This document shows, in pieces, positions 61,113 through 64,000 of a stretch of DNA of 64,000 nt. The DNA lies in assembly GCA_965222115.1 (NCBI GenBank), contig CBDCTJ010000003.1, positions 320,001 through 384,000 on the forward strand. Direction: 5' to 3'. Below the pieces are notes generated by a model. The model saw nothing but the letters and a program-made list of their open reading frames with translations, was not told the DNA's origin and did not search any database. The position numbers were made by a program, and so were the translations under genes. The DNA is from Planctomycetota bacterium (lineage in GTDB: Bacteria > Planctomycetota > PLA2 > JAEUHO01). Positions within the stretch are counted from its first letter, which is position 1. Every line of letters begins with the position of its first letter.

Positions 61113-62297
61113 TTAGGAGGTGCTCTGACTGACGGTATTGATGAGTTTGAGGAGCGGCAGGAAGAGACCCAACACGATCAAGAAGACCGCGCCACCCATA
61201 AACACAATCAAAATGGGCTCAATCACACTGACGAGTGAACCCACTGCAATGTCGACTTCTTCGTCGTAGTTGTCGGCGACGCGAATGAGCATTTTGTCGA
61301 GCTCGCCGGTCTCCTCGCCCACGTCAATCATATTGACCACGATGTCGTCAAAGATTCCGCTCTCACCCAAGGGCTCGGCAATGGTGCCGCCTTCGCTGAT
61401 GGACTCGCGCACTTTGTCCAGCGCTTCTTCCATGACGACATTGCCCGCGGTGTTACGACAGATGTCCAACGCCTCAAGAATGGGCACGCCACTGGAGATC
61501 AAGGTACCGAAGGTACGAGAGAAACGCGCCACGACGATTTTGCGGGCCAAGGGTCCTACGATGGGGAGTCGGAGCTTCAATCGATCGAGGAATCGACGTC
61601 CAAAGCGGGTGGCGCGAAACAGTCGCCAGCCCACCACCAGCAAGACGATCGCACCCAGAATGACGTACCACTTCTCAATCAAGAACTTTGAAAAGGCCTG
61701 CAGGTTCTGCGTGAGCGCGGGAAGCTCGCCCAACTGAGGCATCTTCGCAAACACTTCCTCAAACTTGGGAACGACGAAGATCATGATCAGTAGCAAAATG
61801 GCCGTGACCACAAAGAGCACCACCGCCGGGTAGATCATGGCACTTTTGATGCGCTTCTTCAGTCGCGCGGCCTTTTCCATGAAGCCGGCCAGACGCGCGA
61901 GAATGACATCGAGCACACCACCCGCTTCGCCCGCCTTCACCATGTTGGTGTAGAGGCCGTCAAAGACACCCGGGTGCTTGGCAAGCGCATCGGAGAGCGG
62001 AGAACCCGCTTCCACTTCCTCGGTCACGTCGCCGAGCACAGCCTTGAAAGGCCCACGCTCCATCTGGCCCTCTAAAATCTTCAAGCTGCGAACGATGGGA
62101 AGACCGGCGTCCTGAAGGGTGGAGAGTTGGCTCGTAAACTGCGTGAGCGCCTTTACGGAAACCTTGGCTCGACTCACGTTGCGTGGGCGCGCTGCTTTGG
62201 GAGCCTTCTTGCGCCCGCCGCCCCCACCACGGGCACCGCGACCGGTACCGCCCCGAGGACTCTTTGGTTTTGCGCTGCCTGCCGAAATCTTGGGCAT
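61113..62297 (-). CDS. pilC: Type IV pilus/T2SS inner-membrane platform protein PilC/GspF
   Basis: FTSQLSTLQDAGLPI, AGEAGGVLD, SAMIYP, GEETGELD, IEPILI; AAGGAG RBS. Confidence 0.93.
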   Translation of the reverse strand: MPKISAGSAKPKSPRGGTGRGARGGGGGRKKAPKAARPRNVSRAKVSVKALTQFTSQLSTLQDAGLPIVRSLKILEGQMERGPFKAVLGDVTEEVEAGSPLSDALAKHPGVFDGLYTNMVKAGEAGGVLDVILARLAGFMEKAARLKKRIKSAMIYPAVVLFVVTAILLLIMIFVVPKFEEVFAKMPQLGELPALTQNLQAFSKFLIEKWYVILGAIVLLVVGWRLFRATRFGRRFLDRLKLRLPIVGPLARKIVVARFSRTFGTLISSGVPILEALDICRNTAGNVVMEEALDKVRESISEGGTIAEPLGESGIFDDIVVNMIDVGEETGELDKMLIRVADNYDEEVDIAVGSLVSVIEPILIVFMGGAVFLIVLGLFLPLLKLINTVSQSTS

Positions 62298-62427
62298 GGA
62301 CGTGCTCCTTCGCGGTCGTGAATCCTCGCCGGACCCCATCGACCTGTCCACTGAATCGCCTGCGCCGAAGCGCAATCTGCATGCCGAAGGCGCCAAGCGC
62401 GCCTGTGCCCCTCGGGCACAGCGTGCA

Positions 62428-64000
62428 TTACGTGGTGGTGGTCTCGCGGATCACTTCTTCTACGGTCGTCAGGCCATCGAAAATCGCACGCAGCCCGGAG
62501 CTGCGCAGGGTGTGCATGCCCTCGCGCCGCGCCTGATCCCGCAGCTCATCGGACGACACGCCTTTGATGACCATTTCGCGCAGGGCATCGGACATCATCA
62601 TCATCTCGTAGATTGCCGTTCGCCCTTTGTAGCCCGTGCCATTGCAGGCGCGGCAACCCTTCCCGTAGGAGAACCGCTTGCCCTGCAAGTCGGCGGAGGC
62701 GAGTCCCAACTCTTCCAGCACATCGGGACCCGGTTCGTAATTCACCTTGCAGCCATTGCAAATCGTACGCACGAGGCGCTGCGCGATAATGGCCTCAACC
62801 GTGGCCGATACGAGAAACGGCTCAATGCCGAGGTCGTGCATACGCGTGACGGCCTGCGGGGCGTCGTTGGTGTGCAGCGTTGAAAACACAACGTGTCCAG
62901 TGAGCGAAGCCTCTACCGCGATCTGCGCCGTCTCCAAATCGCGAATCTCACCCACGAGAATCATGTCGGGGTCTTGACGAAGGATCGAACGCAGGCAGTT
63001 GGCGTACGTTACGCCAATCTCTTCGTTCACTTGAATCTGAATTACGCCTTCAAGCTCGTATTCGACCGGGTCTTCCGTGGTGATGATCTTGATACCGACG
63101 TCGTTAGCGAAGTTGAGCGCGGAGTAGAGCGTGGTCGTCTTTCCCGAACCGGTAGGCCCCGTGACCAACACAATGCCGTGCGGCAACTTGATCAAGTGCT
63201 TCATGGTGTCGAGCTCTTGCTTGCGAAGACCCAACTGCTCAATGTCGAGCGAGACCACCGAACGGTCGAGCACACGAATCACACACGACTCGCCGTACAG
63301 CGTGGGCAGTGTGCTCACGCGCAAGTCCACCGGACGACCGCCAATCGAGATTTCGATGCGGCCATCTTGCGGAAGCCGAGTCTCAGCAATATCGAGTCCC
63401 GACATGACTTTCACGCGGCTGATCAAAGGAAGGGCGAGGTGCAGCGGCGGTGATTCGAGCTCGTAGAGCGCGCCGTCTACGCGATACCGAATCTTGAAGT
63501 CATCTTCGAACGGTTCCAGGTGAATATCCGATGCGCGGTCGCGAATGGCCTGGAAGAGAATGTACTGAAGCAGCTTGATGACCGGCGGCGAGTTGGCCAT
63601 CGCCTCTTGGTCTTCCAAGTCAACCGACCCGCCGCGCCCTGAGGGGCCCTTTGCCCCGATGTTACTAATGGCGGTATCCACCAAATCGCGCATGGTGCCG
63701 GAGGCGTCGGCGTAATGCTTCTCAACCAATTTGTTGATCTGTTCTTCCGGTGCCAGCACGCCCTCAACGTCACCGCCGGTCATAAACCGCAAGTCGTCGA
63801 GCACCGCGCGGTTGGAGGGGCTGCTAAACGCCACGATGAGCTTGCCCGGTTCCTCACGAACAGGCACCACGTTGAACATGCGGGCTGTATTGGCATCAAT
63901 GCGCTGGATGAGCTCGGGCGTAAAGTTGATCGAACTCAGATCGGTCATTTCCAAACCGGCCTGACGCGCGAGTCCCTGCTGAAGCTGTGCTTCGTTGATG
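62428..64000 (-). CDS. pilB: Type IV pilus assembly ATPase PilB/GspE (5' end outside window)
   Basis: ASDIHLEP, RLPQDGR, GPTGSGKTTT, LRQDPD, STLHTND, CNGC/CRAC. Confidence 0.93.
   Translation of the reverse strand, partial: INEAQLQQGLARQAGLEMTDLSSINFTPELIQRIDANTARMFNVVPVREEPGKLIVAFSSPSNRAVLDDLRFMTGGDVEGVLAPEEQINKLVEKHYADASGTMRDLVDTAISNIGAKGPSGRGGSVDLEDQEAMANSPPVIKLLQYILFQAIRDRASDIHLEPFEDDFKIRYRVDGALYELESPPLHLALPLISRVKVMSGLDIAETRLPQDGRIEISIGGRPVDLRVSTLPTLYGESCVIRVLDRSVVSLDIEQLGLRKQELDTMKHLIKLPHGIVLVTGPTGSGKTTTLYSALNFANDVGIKIITTEDPVEYELEGVIQIQVNEEIGVTYANCLRSILRQDPDMILVGEIRDLETAQIAVEASLTGHVVFSTLHTNDAPQAVTRMHDLGIEPFLVSATVEAIIAQRLVRTICNGCKVNYEPGPDVLEELGLASADLQGKRFSYGKGCRACNGTGYKGRTAIYEMMMMSDALREMVIKGVSSDELRDQARREGMHTLRSSGLRAIFDGLTTVEEVIRETTTT

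Overview
GC-rich bacterial chromosome segment, most likely Planctomycetota. This is inferred from the short nusA with no rimP upstream, an FHA/Ser-Thr kinase with a DLG motif, three prenyltransferase-repeat proteins, and CHAT-TPR and FGE-sulfatase proteins. Most of the window is housekeeping (accD, rpe, gap, tilS, tatA, yggS, purN, parE/parC, thiC with a TPP riboswitch, dnaK, cysK, nusA-infB-rbfA, tRNA-His, crcB, pilC/pilB) interspersed with secreted proteins. The first ~4.1 kb looks like the edge of a genomic island at tRNA-Asn. It holds a decayed tyrosine integrase, a UGA-interrupted deiodinase-like selenoprotein gene with a SECIS-like hairpin, and a tiny WDxxxWDxxxW lipoprotein paired with a secreted protein. 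It also holds two tRNA-Asn-derived elements that flank the intact tRNA and share a scaffold bounded by T-loop repeats. Other highlights are a modular intergenic repeat flanking a cargo-like gene (31.6 and 34.4-34.9 kb), a TPR-SLOG-class III cyclase with non-canonical specificity residues, a ParE with a histone-like basic N-tail, and an ArsR-controlled persulfide dioxygenase-rhodanese-DUF2892 fusion. All calls were made by eye from motifs; no database searches were run.
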